A stretch of 64,000 nucleotides of DNA, from the NCBI GenBank assembly GCA_964016885.1, contig OZ024762.1:14508001-14572000 (forward strand), read 5' to 3'. The notes under the pieces are model-generated. The model saw only the letters and a list, made by a program, of their open reading frames with translations, was not told the origin of the DNA and did not search any database. The translations under genes and the position numbers were made by a program. Position 1 is the first letter of the stretch. Every line of letters begins with the position of its first letter. Shown in pieces: positions 26,557 through 40,090 of the stretch. The DNA comes from Eledone cirrhosa. Taxonomy: Eukaryota.

Positions 26557-27677
26557 GATCACAGGTTCTCAAAGTGAGAGCTACCACCCCACAAGGGGAA
26601 GGGGAGCGTTGAGATGATTCAGGGGGACAGTAAAGATGATATAATAGTATATTAAATATCAAACGATACATATTATATATAAATATAGTAAAATGAAATA
26701 TATATATATATATATATATATTAAAATAATAGGTCAAAGTTTAAGCAAAGAATCGCTGCTTTCACCCTTAACGGGATCTTCTAAAACTAAAAAAAAAAAA
26801 TCAATTTGTGGACGCAGAAGTAAATATTTCGAAAAACGTTGCAACCGTAGGCAGACAGGAAGACTATACTTTGGTTCGTGAAGACGTTCCCTGGCAATGA
26901 ACGGAAAACCTTATCGAGCTCTCTTCGTATTTATTATTACTATATATATATATAGTAATAATTGTTTCTACTTTAGGCACAAGGCCAGCAATTACCCAGT
27001 GCACTACTGGTACTTTATTTTATCGACCCCGTAAGGATGAAAGGCAAAGTCAACCTCGGCGGGATTCGATAGTAATAATAATAATAAACGTGAAGACTAA
27101 TATCCAAAGAGGGCTTGATAAGAATGAATATATATCAAATATATGAGAACCGTAGAGCAAATATTTATGAGTTTCAGAAGATCCCGTTAAGGGTGAAAGC
27201 AGCGATTCTTTGCTTAAACTTTAATCTGTTATTTTAATATATATATATATATATATATTGGGTCGACAAGTATGAAATTTATAGTAAAGCATATGGTAAA
27301 CTGTTTTTTTTTCTCCAAATTTCATACTTGACAACCCTATATATATATGTATATATATATATACACACACACACACACATATATATATATAATATACATA
27401 CAGGGTGCCCCCCCCCCCCCCCCCCCACAAAAATGTATACACATTTATTAGAAAATAATATATATATATAGTTGTAGTACACCTGAGCAGTATACACAAT
27501 ACTTTCATTATTATTATATATATATATATATATATATAGTTATGTAATAAACAACATAAGGCAATTATTCCATTTACCAGTGGTTTCTTTTTTCAGACGG
27601 AATTACTTCACATATATATATATATATATATATATACGATATTAAACAAATGGAAACTATATTTATAAAACCATATT

Positions 27678-27743
27678 TATTTCATTATACATATTTCAGG
27701 GATACCATATTAGAAATATGGGATGCCTTCTTCAGATAAAATA
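27678..27743 (-). ncRNA. Hammerhead of the TATTTTAT-stem family, sense in CFAP45 intron 1
   Basis: Minus strand: tattttat CTGAAGA agg...cct GAAA tatgta TA atgaaata. Confidence 0.65.
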
Positions 27744-27961
27744 CAATATATAAGCAGTTTTATAAATAAATTTGACGTACCATGAATATTGTTCAACTTC
27801 CATTTAAAAAAGTTGGTATGGTAGTATATATATATATTTGCGTGTGTACACATATATCAAATTTACAGTTCAATATTTTAACATTTAAAACAATAATTAT
27901 TACTAACACTTCATTAAATTTGATGAACTAGTCATAAATATTCTTTTTCTGTTTAACTTAC

Positions 27962-27964
27962 CAT
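27962..27964 (-). CDS. CFAP45: Putative CFAP45 first coding exon (initiator ATG only)
   Basis: Minus strand reads CAAACA-ATG|gtaagt in unique sequence. Splicing in phase 0 to exon 2 gives M-P-T-S, like human M-P-L-S. An X-box lies ~65 bp upstream. Confidence 0.75.
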
Positions 27965-28029
27965 TGTTTGTGAAACTTCAACAAATTATTTCCTTTCGAT
28001 GTTGCTAAAATAAAATTTAGTGTTCTCCG

Positions 28030-28043
28030 GCTGTCATGACAAC
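28030..28043. promoter_or_regulatory. RFX X-box-like motif in the CFAP45 promoter/5' region
   Basis: GCTGTCATGACAAC is one mismatch from the palindrome GTTGTCATGACAAC; a half-site GTTGCTA lies at 28001. Ciliary genes are established RFX targets. Confidence 0.65.
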
Positions 28044-28194
28044 CTTGTGTAACAAGTTTGCAAGAACGGTAACTCTCGGGAAAATTTATTTACAGTTACC
28101 TCCCTTGAAAATGAATAATAAATAAATAAATAAATAAAGAGAATATATTTATAATTATTGGATTTTTTTTAAAGTTTAAAGCGTTAACCAGAAC

Positions 28195-29090
28195 GCCGTT
28201 TGCCGAGGTTGAATCTCCGTTTAATCTCTCTCTCTCTCACGGTGGATTAGCAGAGTCGGATGGCATAGAGTTATGGCCCTTTAGTCCTCAGTTCAAATCC
28301 CGCCGAGGTTAGCTTTTGCTTCTTATTCTTACGGGGTCGATAAAATAGAAACAATTATTATCATTATTATTATTATTAGTGCAGTGGATTAGCAAAATCG
28401 GTAGAGTGTCTGACAACATCCTTTGTGGTATAGAGTTACGTCTCTTTACGTTCTGAGTTCAAATCCCACCGCAGTTAGCTTTGTCTATCATCCTTACTTT
28501 CTCCACCTCCTCCAAAATTCTTGGCATTGTGCCTAAATCAGAAATCATTATTTCCTTCCTAAAAGGGTGGTAGTTCGGCAGAATTGGTAGCGCGTCGAAC
28601 AACATTCTTTGCGACATAGAGTTATGGTCCTTTACGTTCTGAGTTCAAATCATGCCAAGGTTAACTTTACCTTTCATCCTTACAGGGTCGATAAAATGAA
28701 GTACCAGTTACGCACTGGCGTCGATCTAATCGACTTTCCCCTTCCCCCAAATTGCTGGCCTTGTGCCTATATAAGAAATCATTGTTAAACGCCGAGGTTA
28801 ACTTTGCCTTTCATCCTTACGGAGTCGATAAAATAAAGTACCAGTAATGCACTGGGTAATAGCTGGCCTTGTGCCAAAAAGTACAAACAATTATTAAAAT
28901 GAAGGGCGGTGAATTGGCAGTATCGGTAGAGGGTCAGGCGCCATGCTTTGCAGCACAGTTACGTCCCTTTAAGGACCGAGTTCAAATCCCGAGGTTAACT
29001 TTGCCTTTCATCCTCACGGGGTCGATAAAATAAAGTACCAGTAATACACTGTGGTAATTGTGTGTGCCAAAAAGTAGAAACAATTATTAA
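28195..29090 (+). mobile_element. Cluster of ~6 same-orientation tRNA-derived SINEs with a Nin/Deu-like central domain
   Basis: TGGCAG..TCGGTAG, GAGTTCAAATCC, GAGGTTAACTTTGCCTTTCATCCTTACGGGGTCGATAAAATAAAGTACCAG. Further copies at about 23380, 26960, 29396, 29910, 30810, 45329, 49120, 50010, 53250-53615 and 61337. Confidence 0.88.
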
Positions 29091-29120
29091 AATGATGTAG
29101 TTTGCTTGAAGTATTTTATA

Positions 29121-29378
29121 TCATCATCATCATCATCAGCTGGTGGTCTCAGTCGATATCGACCCAACAATTGATCTCCACGTGGGTCTGTCGGTCATTG
29201 CCATTGCCAAGTCCTGGATTTCAATACCAGAATTTCTGGAAATGACATTGGGATAGGAGAGCTTGCGCCCCCTGTTATTAGGGACTGCTTGTGGTTTCCA
29301 AAGCACTAATGGTGACACAGCCTCATAGGTGGCACGATGGCAGTGGCCAGCAAATCTTACTCTCCTTTTACGCACAAC
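29121..29378 (-). mobile_element. RTE-like LINE 3' fragment (third family)
   Basis: RRVRFAGHCHR...VLWKP...RGRK...AMTDRPTWR followed by (TGA)n. Confidence 0.8.
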
Positions 29379-30317
29379 GACAGATATACGTATATAATTG
29401 TTTCTACTTTAGGCACAAGGCCAGCAAATCACCCAGTGCATTACTGGTACTTTATTTTATCGACCCCGTAAGGATGAAAGGCAAAGTCAACCTCGGCGGG
29501 ATTTGAACTTATACGTATATAATATATGTGGAAAGTGATATAAGGCTAAATAATTGTTTCTACTTTTGGCATAAGGCCAGCAATTATTCCAGTGCATTAC
29601 TGGTACTTTATATAAGGCTAAATAATGCAAAATTAACGATAAGATGAAGGTAATGAAACAGTAAGTTACCTGGTAATCCATGTTTTGTCTTTTTGTTGTT
29701 GCTGTTGGTCCTTTCGTCCTAATATTTCGGGGTTAAAATTACCATCTTCGGAATATAAGGAACTCTCAGACAAAAAATGTTCCGGTTTCTTCTCATTGGG
29801 ATTAAATTTAGATTTTAATTTGTCCCACCCTTGCAAGCAGGGAACAAGCGGACGTAAAATGAAATGATGATGATGATGATTTAAATTTCTTAAACGACTG
29901 TTATTACCCACCGAGGTTAACTTTGCCTTTCATCCTTACAGGTTCGATAAAATAAAGTACCAGTAATTCACTGGGGTATTTGCTGGCCTTGTGCCAAAAG
30001 TAGAAACAATTATTATTATGGTGGGGGAAAAAGAATTAGCTAACGGAATTCGTAGGGTTTTTGTGCAGTTCTTAATCCAGCCCTCTGCCGTTTTCCTCCG
30101 CGAAATTGCAGATGATGCATCCCACCTGAGGAAATAGCCCTGTGAGGCAGAGTGGCCGATGTGGCGTGTTTCGCTGGCTGTTCTCTGCAGCAAAGCCTTC
30201 TGTATACTGCTCGCAAGGGGCAGCTGACATATACCACATAGACTGCCCGAGTGTCTGCTGCTCCCTCCTCGCTTTCTATTACCTTCATGTTTTTAATTAT
30301 ATTTCATTTCTTACATA

Positions 30318-30350
<33 letters not shown>

Positions 30351-30363
30351 CTATCTATCCATA

Positions 30364-30630
30364 ATCATCATCATTTTACGTCCGCTTTTCCCTGCTTGCA
30401 AGGGTTGGACGGGTCCTATTCAGCACAGCATCTCTCCACTTGTCACGGTCCTTCGTCATCTCCTCGATCTGAGGTCTGCTCTCACCACCTCCGCCCATGT
30501 GTTTCGTGGTCTTCCTTCTACTGGTATTTCTTGGCACTTCTTTACCCAGCGGTCATCCTCCATGCGCACCACATGTCCATACCATCTCAGCCTTCTCTCC
30601 TGCACACCACAACTTATCCCTCTTATACCA
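30364..30630 (-). mobile_element. RTE-like 3' fragment (CCCTGCTTGCAAGGG tail family)
   Basis: The reverse complement encodes [12 protein letters not shown]; the same tail occurs at 16245-16312, 29820-29880 and 30943-31014. Confidence 0.8.
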
Positions 30631-31404
30631 GTTTCTTTCTCAACTCGTCTATGCTTGGTCGTTCAGCTTGTTATAAAACAAAGATGTCCTCCGGTGGTTG
30701 AATCTGATTACTTTTCTGAAGATTATCGAGAATTCTAACAAAGGCAGGTAATTTCGAAAATAGTTATAAACAGCTATATACATACATACACACACACATT
30801 ATATTTACGATCTGAGTTCAAATCCCGCCGAGGTTAACTTTGCCTTTCATCCTTACAGGGTCGATAAAATAAAGTACCAGTAATGTACTGGCTATTTGCT
30901 GGCCTTGTGCCAAATGTAGAAACAATTATATATATATATATAATCATCATCATTTTACGTCCGCTTTTCCCTGCTTGCAAGGGTTGGATGGGTCCTATTC
31001 AGCACAGTATCTCTAGGGCGGGTAAAATTCCCGAGATCCATGGATGAGTTCTCTCCAGCGGTCTTAGTCCCTCATTATCGCTGCCATGTCCTGCATCTTC
31101 AAGAGACCAGTGTCTGTCCTTAGGGCATCAACATATGTTAAGCTCGGTCTTCCTCTTCCAGTGTGTCCATGCAGGGGCTCCCACAGGAGCACTGAGTGCA
31201 GTGTCAACTTTGGATGTCGGTGATATTATTTATTTTGAAAACAATACCTTAACATCAGTATGAGGGGCCGGTTACAGCCGGTTTGAACAGAAAGAGGTGA
31301 GAGGATTCTGACCGGATATGGCTAACCTGTCTCCACTGTGCTACTCTCGAACTGACTTTTGGGAGGCTCCCATACAGCTCCTAGTTCTTCATCCTCAGTG
31401 TATA

Positions 31405-31449
<45 letters not shown>

Positions 31450-31586
31450 TAATTTATTAAAATAACAGATTAAAGTTTAAGTAAAGGATCGCCGCTTTCA
31501 CCCTTAACGGGATCTTCTGAAACTAAAAAAATCAATCTGTGAACGCAGGAGTAAATATTTCAAAAAGTCTTCAAATTTATTATTAT

Positions 31587-31625
<39 letters not shown>

Positions 31626-31737
31626 TATATATATATAAATATATATGTATAAGCAAGGAGATATTTAATTTGTTGGTAATTCAACAAATTTATTTATAAC
31701 AGATTCGAAGCACTCAACAGTTTACCTGGAGTATAAT

Positions 31738-32051
31738 ATCAATGATATTAATAAATGGAAACTATATTTATAAAACCATATTTATTTTGTTATATATATT
31801 TCAAGGGTGCCAAAAACTTTGGTACGCTCTCATCAGATAAAATACAAAATTTGTTTCATAAATTGTGACATATCCCAGAAACCAGACGGAACCTGAACCG
31901 ATAAGGTCTGGTTTCTGGGGTATGTCACAATTTATAAAACAAATTTTGTATTTTATCTGATGAGAGAGTACCAAAGTTTTTGGTACCCTTGAAATATATA
32001 TAACAAAATAAATATGGTTTTGTAAATATAGTTTCCATTTATTAATATCAT

Positions 32052-32055
<4 letters not shown>
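31738..32055. repeat. Palindrome (~150-bp arms, 18-bp spacer) with hammerheads at 31783-31844 (-) and 31949-32010 (+)
   Basis: Plus arm: tattttat CTGATGA gagagtaccaaag-t-ttttggtaccctt GAAA tatata TA acaaaata. Confidence 0.92.
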
Positions 32056-32087
<32 letters not shown>

Positions 32088-32329
32088 TAAAATAACAGAT
32101 TAAAGTTTAAGCAAAGAATCGCCGGGATCTTCTGAAAAAAAAAAAAAAAAAAATACATATATATATATATATATATATATTTTCAGAAGTAATATATCAG
32201 TTTAACCCTTTAGCATTTAAACCATATATATATAGTCCAGCAGAATATATATATATATATATATATATATAGTCCAGCAGAAACAACAAGGCAAATGACA
32301 CAGTACAAGGAAGTAATATATCAGTTTAA

Positions 32330-32506
32330 CCCTTTAGCATTTAAACCAGAATCCTCTCACCTCTTTCTGTTCAAACCGGCCACTCATACTGATGTTAAGG
32401 TATTGTTTTCAAAATAAATAATATCAAATGTAAGACAATTATGTGAGGTAAAGCCTTTACCATGAAAATACAATAGTAAATATAGAGTAATGTAAATGCT
32501 AAAGGG
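32330..32506. mobile_element. piggyBac-type MITE
   Basis: TTAA on both sides (32326-32329, 32507-32510) and 14-bp TIRs CCCTTTAGCATTTA/TAAATGCTAAAGGG. Confidence 0.88.
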
Positions 32507-32774
32507 TTAATCTTTGATATGGGAGAATGTCTATTCCGTTATATATATATATCATGTGCACAAGTATAGCTCTTTTTACAAAACAGTTTTTTTCCATTTC
32601 AGGTAGACGTGCTCCATCATCCACTTTTCTAAAAAATAAATCATACACAAAACGCCAGCACCAACAGTTTTGCAAGAGATGTCAACATGAATGGACCTGT
32701 TATTTTTATCTAAAGACATTTTTTCCAATTCCAACCCTCCCGTCCCCTTAATCTATTTTATATTTCTCATTCTT

Positions 32775-32810
32775 TCTTCTGAGGAAGGACTAGCGTCCGA
32801 AACGTTAAGA
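32775..32810 (+). ncRNA. Minimal hammerhead ribozyme
   Basis: tctt CTGAGGA a-ggac-tagc-gtcc GAAA cgtt aaga. Stem III is palindromic; the cleavage triplet is suboptimal. Confidence 0.65.
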
Positions 32811-32891
32811 CCCTCTTCCTGCTATATCAAGTGTTAACCTAATATATACCTTCCATATACTGTACCGATTGTGTTATTTCTGTTTACCTTT

Positions 32892-32953
<62 letters not shown>

Positions 32954-32956
32954 CAC

Positions 32957-32999
<43 letters not shown>

Positions 33000-34231
33000 T
33001 AATGGACTGGTTGCCCGTTACAGCTTCTGTCCACCAAATACCACCCTGGAAAAACTGACACGTGGTTAGAATGTCTAAGGAAAGAATTACAAAACAAATT
33101 TTCATAGCTTCAGTTGGTCTCATTTGGAGATGTTTGCTTCCGGTGCCCCCCCCCCCCCCCCACACACACACTCCAAGACAATAGAAGAAGAACAACAACA
33201 ATAACAACACAAGACTTAGTGAAAGTAAAAATAGTTTTATTTCATTAGAAACTTGAACATAACATAATTTATCTTTTATTACTCTTGAAAATCATTAATT
33301 CTTAAATAACTTCATTGATTGATCAAATCAATTGACAAGATCTGACCTCATTCACTTACCACCTGAGGTGGGATCTGTCAAATTTGATCAAGGAAACAAT
33401 ATTTCCTTTGGTCTTTTTATTGCTGATACTATCTACTGGTCACAAACTCCTGGCAGAAAGAACAACATGAAATAAAGTGCCTTGCTCAAGGATATAACAC
33501 ATTGCTCGGTTCAGGAATTGAACTCGCAACCTTATCATTGCAAATCTAAGTGGGATGGAACTCATCAAATTGGACCAAGGAGACAATGTTTCCATTGCTG
33601 ATACACTATCTACTCGTCGAAACTCCTGGCAGAAAGAGCAGCGGGTAATAACTCATCACCCAGCCTGGGAATTAAACTCGTACCCTTATGATTGCGACTC
33701 CAATTCTCTAACCACAAAGCTACACACCTCCACAGTCAAATAACTTCATAGCAACTGATTATTCCATTGGTAGGTACAACGATGGAGCAAATATTTCTGT
33801 TGCTTATTCTGGTCTTCTGTAGATGAATGTAGACATACGCATGTGATAACAACAACAATAACAACAAAAACCGCTTCAACATTTTAAAGTCTGTCTCAAA
33901 CCAGAAGGCTTGTTTGGCCGGTGCTTATTCCAGTTTCATGGCATGAAGCGACTGAGAGTACAAGACTCGCCCCTGGACAGGACGGTAATCCATTGCCGGG
34001 TTAAAGTATGTCTGAAGCCAGAAGACTTGTTTGGCAGGTGCTTACCCCAGTTTCATCGCATGAAGCGACTGAGAGTACAAGACTCGCCCCTGGACAGGAC
34101 ACCAGTCCATCACTTTTGCTGGAACTCATTTTCAGCTGAGTATACTGGAGCAATGTGAAATGAAATGTTTTGCTCAAGAACACAACATACAACCCAGTCC
34201 AGGAATCGAACCCACAACACTATGATCTTGA

Positions 34232-34848
34232 CAGAGTACAAGACTTCCCCCTGGACAGGATGGCAGTCCATCGCAGGGTTAAAGTCGTCTCAAGCCAGTG
34301 TTTATCTCAGTTTCATTGCGTGAAGTGACTGAGAGTACAAGACTCCCCCTGGACAGGATACCAGTCCATCGCAGGGTTAAAGTTGTCTCAAGCCAGTGTT
34401 TATCTCAGTTTCATGGCGTGAAGTGACTGAGAGTACAAGACTCCCCCTGGACAGGATACCAGTCCATCGCAGAGTTAAAGTCGTCTCAAGCCAGTGTTTA
34501 TCTCAGTTTCATTGCATGAAGCGACTGAGAGTACAAGACTCCCCCTGGACAGGATGGCAGTCCATCGCAGGGTTAAAGTTGTCTCAAGCCAGTGTTTATC
34601 TCAGTTTCATAGCGTGAAGTGACTGAGAGTACAAGACTCCCCCTGGACAGGATGGCAGTCCATCGCAGGGTTAAAGTCGTCTCAAGCCAGTGTTTATCTC
34701 AGTTTCATAGCGTGAAGTGACTGAGAGTACAAGACTCCCCCTGGACAGGATACCAGTCCATCGCAGGGTTAAAGTCGTCTCAAGCCAGTGTTTATCTCAG
34801 TTTCATTGCGTGAAGTGACTGAGAGTACAAGGCTCCCCCCTGGACAGG
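34232..34848. repeat. 98-bp minisatellite (~6.3 copies) derived from the adjacent SINE tail
   Basis: GAGTACAAGACTCCCCCTGGACAGGA recurs at a ~98-bp period; the same motif is in the SINE at 33950-34110. Confidence 0.92.
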
Positions 34849-35011
34849 AAGATGAATGTAGACATACACATGTGATAACAACAACAACAACAACAACATC
34901 CACAAAAACAATTTTATTTGAACATAAGGAAATAATGGTAAAAGGGGGGGGGGGTTCTATGAAGAGGAGAACAAAGACTGAAAAGATGGTGTCAAACCCA
35001 GAAGATATTTT

Positions 35012-35096
35012 GGAATTATCTTTTAGATGAATGTTTACCCGGTGATGACCTTGAAAATACATTGACCAGGGTAAACTTCACCTAAGGGATAACCAA
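35012..35096 (-). ncRNA. mir-36: miR-36 family precursor hairpin; predicted mature 3p UCACCGGGUAAACAUUCAUCUA (35045-35024)
   Basis: Seed CACCGGG plus the UAAACAUUCAU body typical of lophotrochozoan miR-36 (recalled). The 5' arm UAGGUGAAGUUUACCCUGGUCA pairs with it, and the basal stem extends (UUAUC/GAUAA). Confidence 0.88.
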
Positions 35097-35119
35097 TAAA
35101 CTGGATATTTCTCATCAGG

Positions 35120-35146
35120 TGTGTATGTATATATATACATATATAT

Positions 35147-35177
<31 letters not shown>

Positions 35178-38100
35178 CATACACGCGCCTATATATATAA
35201 TTATATAAAATATATATATATATACACACACTTATATATACATACATACACACACCTATATATATAATTATATAAAATATATATATATACACACACTTAT
35301 ATATACATACATACACACACCTATATATATAATTATATAAAATATATATATATACACACACTTATATATACATACATACATACACACGCCTATATATATA
35401 ATTATATAAAATATATATATATACACACACTTATATATACATACATACATACACACGCCTATATATATAATTATATAAAATATATATATATACACACACT
35501 TATATATACATACATACACACCTATATATATAATTATATAAAATATATATATATACACACACTTATATATACATACATACACACACGCGCCTATATATAT
35601 AATTATATAAAATATATATATATACACACACTTATATATACATACATACACACACCTATATATATAATTATATAAAATATATATATATACACACACTTAT
35701 ATATACATACATACACAGACCTATATATATAATTATATAAAATATATATATATACACACACTTATATATACATACATACATACACACGCCTATATATATA
35801 ATTATATAAAATATATATATATACACACTTATATATACATACATACACACACCTATATATATAATTATATAAAATATATATATATACACACACTTATATA
35901 TACATACATACACAGACCTATATATATAATTATATAAAATATATATTTATACACACACTTATATATACATACATACACACGCCTATATATATAATTATAT
36001 AAAATATATATATATACACACACTTATATATACATACATACATACACACACCTATATATATAATTATATAAAATATATATATATACACACACTTATATAT
36101 ACATACATACATACACACGCCTATATATATAATTATATAAAATATATATATATACACACTTATATATACATACATACATACACACACCTATATATATAAT
36201 TATATAAAATATATATATATACACACACTTATATATACATACATACATACACACGCCTATATATATAATTATATAAAATATATATATATACACACACTTA
36301 TATATACATACATACAGACCTATATATATAATTATATAAAATATATATATATACACACACTTATATATACATACATACATACATACACACGCCTATATAT
36401 ATAATTATATAAAATATATATATATACACACACTTATATATACATACATACACAGACCTATATATATAATTATATAAAATATATATATACATACATACAT
36501 ACACACGCCTATATATATAATTATATAAAATATATATATATACACACACTTATATATACATACATACATACACACACCTATATATATAATTATATAAAAA
36601 ATATATATATACACACACTTATATATACATACATACACACACCTATATATATAATTATATAAAATATATATATATGCACACACTTATATATACATACATA
36701 CACAGACCTATATATATAATTATATAAAAAATATATATATACACACACTTATATATACATACATACATACACACGCCTATATATATAATTATATAAAATA
36801 TATATATATACACACACTTATATATACATACATACACACGCTTATATATAATTATATAAAATATATATATATACACACACTTATATATACATACATACAC
36901 ACGCCTATATATATAATTATATAAAATATATATATATACACACACTTATATATACATACATACATACACACGCCTATATATATAATTATATAAAATATAT
37001 ATATATACACACACTTATATATACATACATACATACACACGCCTATATATATAATTATATAAAATATATATATATACACACACTTATATATACATACATA
37101 CATACACACGTCTATATATATAATTATATAAAATATATATATATACACACACTTATATATATACATACATACATACACACGTCTATATATATAATTATAT
37201 AAAATATATATATATACACACACTTATATATACATACATACACACACCTATATATATAATTATATAAAATATATATATATACACACACTTATATATACAT
37301 ACATACATACACACGCCTATATATATAATTATATAAAATATATATATATACACACACTTATATATACATACATACATACACACGCCTATATATATAATTA
37401 TATAAAATATATATATATACACACACTTATATATACATACATACATACACACGTCTATATATATAATTATATAAAATATATATATATACACACACTTATA
37501 TATATACATATATACACACACCTATATATATAATTATATAAAAAATATATATATATACACACTTATATATACATACATACATACACACGCCTATATATAT
37601 AATTATATAAAATATATATATATACACACACTTATATATACATACATACACACACCTATATATATAATTATATAAAATATATATATATACACACACTTAT
37701 ATATACATACATACACACGACTATATATATAATTATATAAAATATATATATATATACACACTTATATATACATACATACATACACACGCCTATATATATA
37801 ATTATATAAAATATATATATATACACACACTTATATATATACATACATACATACATACACACGCCTATATATATAATTATATAAAATATATATATATACA
37901 CACACTTATATATACATACATACATACACACGTCTATATATATAATTATATAAAATATATATATATACACACACTTATATATATACATACATACACACAC
38001 CTATATATATAATTATATAAAATATATATATATACACACACTTATATATACATACATACATACACACACCTATATATATAATTATATAAAATATATATAT

Positions 38101-38515
38101 ATACACACACTTATATATACATACATACATACACACGCCTATATATATAATTATATAAAATATATATATATACACACACTTATATATACATACATACATA
38201 CACACGCCTATATATATAATTATATAAAATATATATATATACACACACTTATATATATACATACATACATACACACGCCTATATATATAATTATATAAAA
38301 TATATATATATACACACACTTATATATATACATACATACACACACCTATATATATAATTATATAAAATATATATATATACACACACTTATATATACATAC
38401 ATACATACACACGTCTATATATATAATTATATAAAATATATATATATACACACACTTATATATATACATACACAGACCTATATATATAATTATATAAAAA
38501 ATATATATATATATA
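35120..38515. repeat. ~60-68 bp compound TA/CA minisatellite, about 50 copies
   Basis: Unit CCTATATATATAATTATATAAAATATATATATATACACACACTTATATATACATACATACACA. Confidence 0.97.
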
Positions 38516-38813
38516 CCCATGCTAGCGTGGAAAATGGACGTTAAACGAAGATGATGAAGATGATGATGATGATGATACACAAGGGTAAGTAAAAAATGTA
38601 ACAGCAGCAAGAAAGTGCAATCCAGCTCAAACTTTTATCACGGGACCACAAAGGTACCAACCATGAGCAAACTTGAGCAGAAGGCAGCGTGACAAACCTA
38701 AAGATATGTTATGGTGAAAGTGGAGATCATTTTTGACTTACTCTCATATAAGCACAAAATGTAGACACCATCCCGAGGCCGAAGTATTTCGTACTTCTCT
38801 GTACTGTTATATA

Positions 38814-39706
38814 CGAGGTGTGTCAGAAAAGTTCCAGGACTGATGTCGCAAAAGATTTATTTCAAACCCAAACTTCACACTAAGAGTTTTTCTCCTTCAA
38901 AGTAATCCCCCTGGAGTATGTAACTGTAATCTTAGCTCTCTGCAGCAATCAAACTGTTTTCTTCATAATTTTATATACATGTCCTCTGTTTCAGGTCGTC
39001 AAGCAATGAGCACAGAGCAACGAACAAACTTGAAAACGCCGTCAGAAGCACTGGGGTTGCTGCAGCAAGTGTATGGAGATGAGACGATGTCACGCTCACG
39101 TGTTTTTGAGTGGTGCAAGAGGTTTAAAGAAGGACGCGAGGACGTGGAAGATGACCCCAAGAGTGGAAGTCCCTCAACAACCAGGACTGAGGTCAACGTT
39201 GAGCGTGTCAGGCAGATGTGCGTAGTGATCGTCAGCTGACTGTTCAACTGATGGCAAATGAGCTGGGCATGAATCGGGACAGCGTCTGGAAGATTCTCAC
39301 TGAAGATTTGGACATGTGGAAAGTCTGCGCGAAGATGGTGCCAAAACTGCTGAACGATGACCAGAAGGGTCGACGCATGCAAGTGTGCCAGGACATCCTC
39401 GAGCGTCTTGAAACCGAACCAGACTTGCTAGGGGACAGTCATCACCGGTGATGAGTCATGGATCTTCGAGTATGACCTGAAGGGGACCCGTTTTGAAGAC
39501 GTGGACGACATCAAAAAGGCCGTGAAGACGGAACTGCGGAGGATCCCTGAAGAATCCTTCCAGGAGTGCATGCAAGCGTGGCAGAAAAGGATCGAAAAGT
39601 GCATTAGACTCCAGGGGGATTACTTTGAAGGAGAAAACTCTTAGTGTGAAGTTTGGGTTTGAAATAAATCTTTTGTGACATCAGTCCTGGAACTTTTCTG
39701 ACCCAC

Positions 39707-39710
<4 letters not shown>
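38814..39710 (+). mobile_element. Internally deleted mariner element with ~100-bp inverted ends
   Basis: TA flanks; transposase remnants MSRSRVFEWCKRFKEGREDVEDDPKSG, AKMVPKLL, ITGDESWIFEYD joined directly to LKGTRF...KCIRLQGDYFE; frameshifts. Confidence 0.93.
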
Positions 39711-39763
<53 letters not shown>

Positions 39764-39768
<5 letters not shown>

Positions 39769-39950
39769 AACGAGTAGGACCCCGACGGCTGAGCTCAAGC
39801 CGTTTCGAGTCCAGAATTAGCTGTCAAAACGGCTTGAGCTCAGCCGTCGGGGTCCTACTCGTTCCTATTACCCACTCTACTACCCTACGTATTGAGTACT
39901 TTGGTGCGTTATGGTCCACCTGGTTCCTTACCACATTTCCTTTGTTATAT
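39764..39950 (+). repeat. Palindrome-headed repeat family carrying a hammerhead 3' half
   Basis: Inverted arms 39764-39868. Family members at 15915-16080, 45681-45900, 45905-46212, 52483-52645, 53118-53200 and 62317-62397. Confidence 0.85.
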
Positions 39951-40032
39951 ATATATATATATTTATTAAAATAAGGATTTATTTATCCTTATCAAGCCCT
40001 CTTTGGATTTTAGTCTTCAAATTTATTATTAT

Positions 40033-40090
<58 letters not shown>

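Noticed and set aside
27105-27160. TTGATAA-GGATA..TATC-AAA repeat family as a hammerhead variant
   Set aside because: No GAAA and no convincing stem I; the core is inconsistent among copies.
27775-27783. Alternative ATG|gtacgt first exon for CFAP45
   Set aside because: Lies at the edge of a dispersed repeat and has a weaker donor than 27962.
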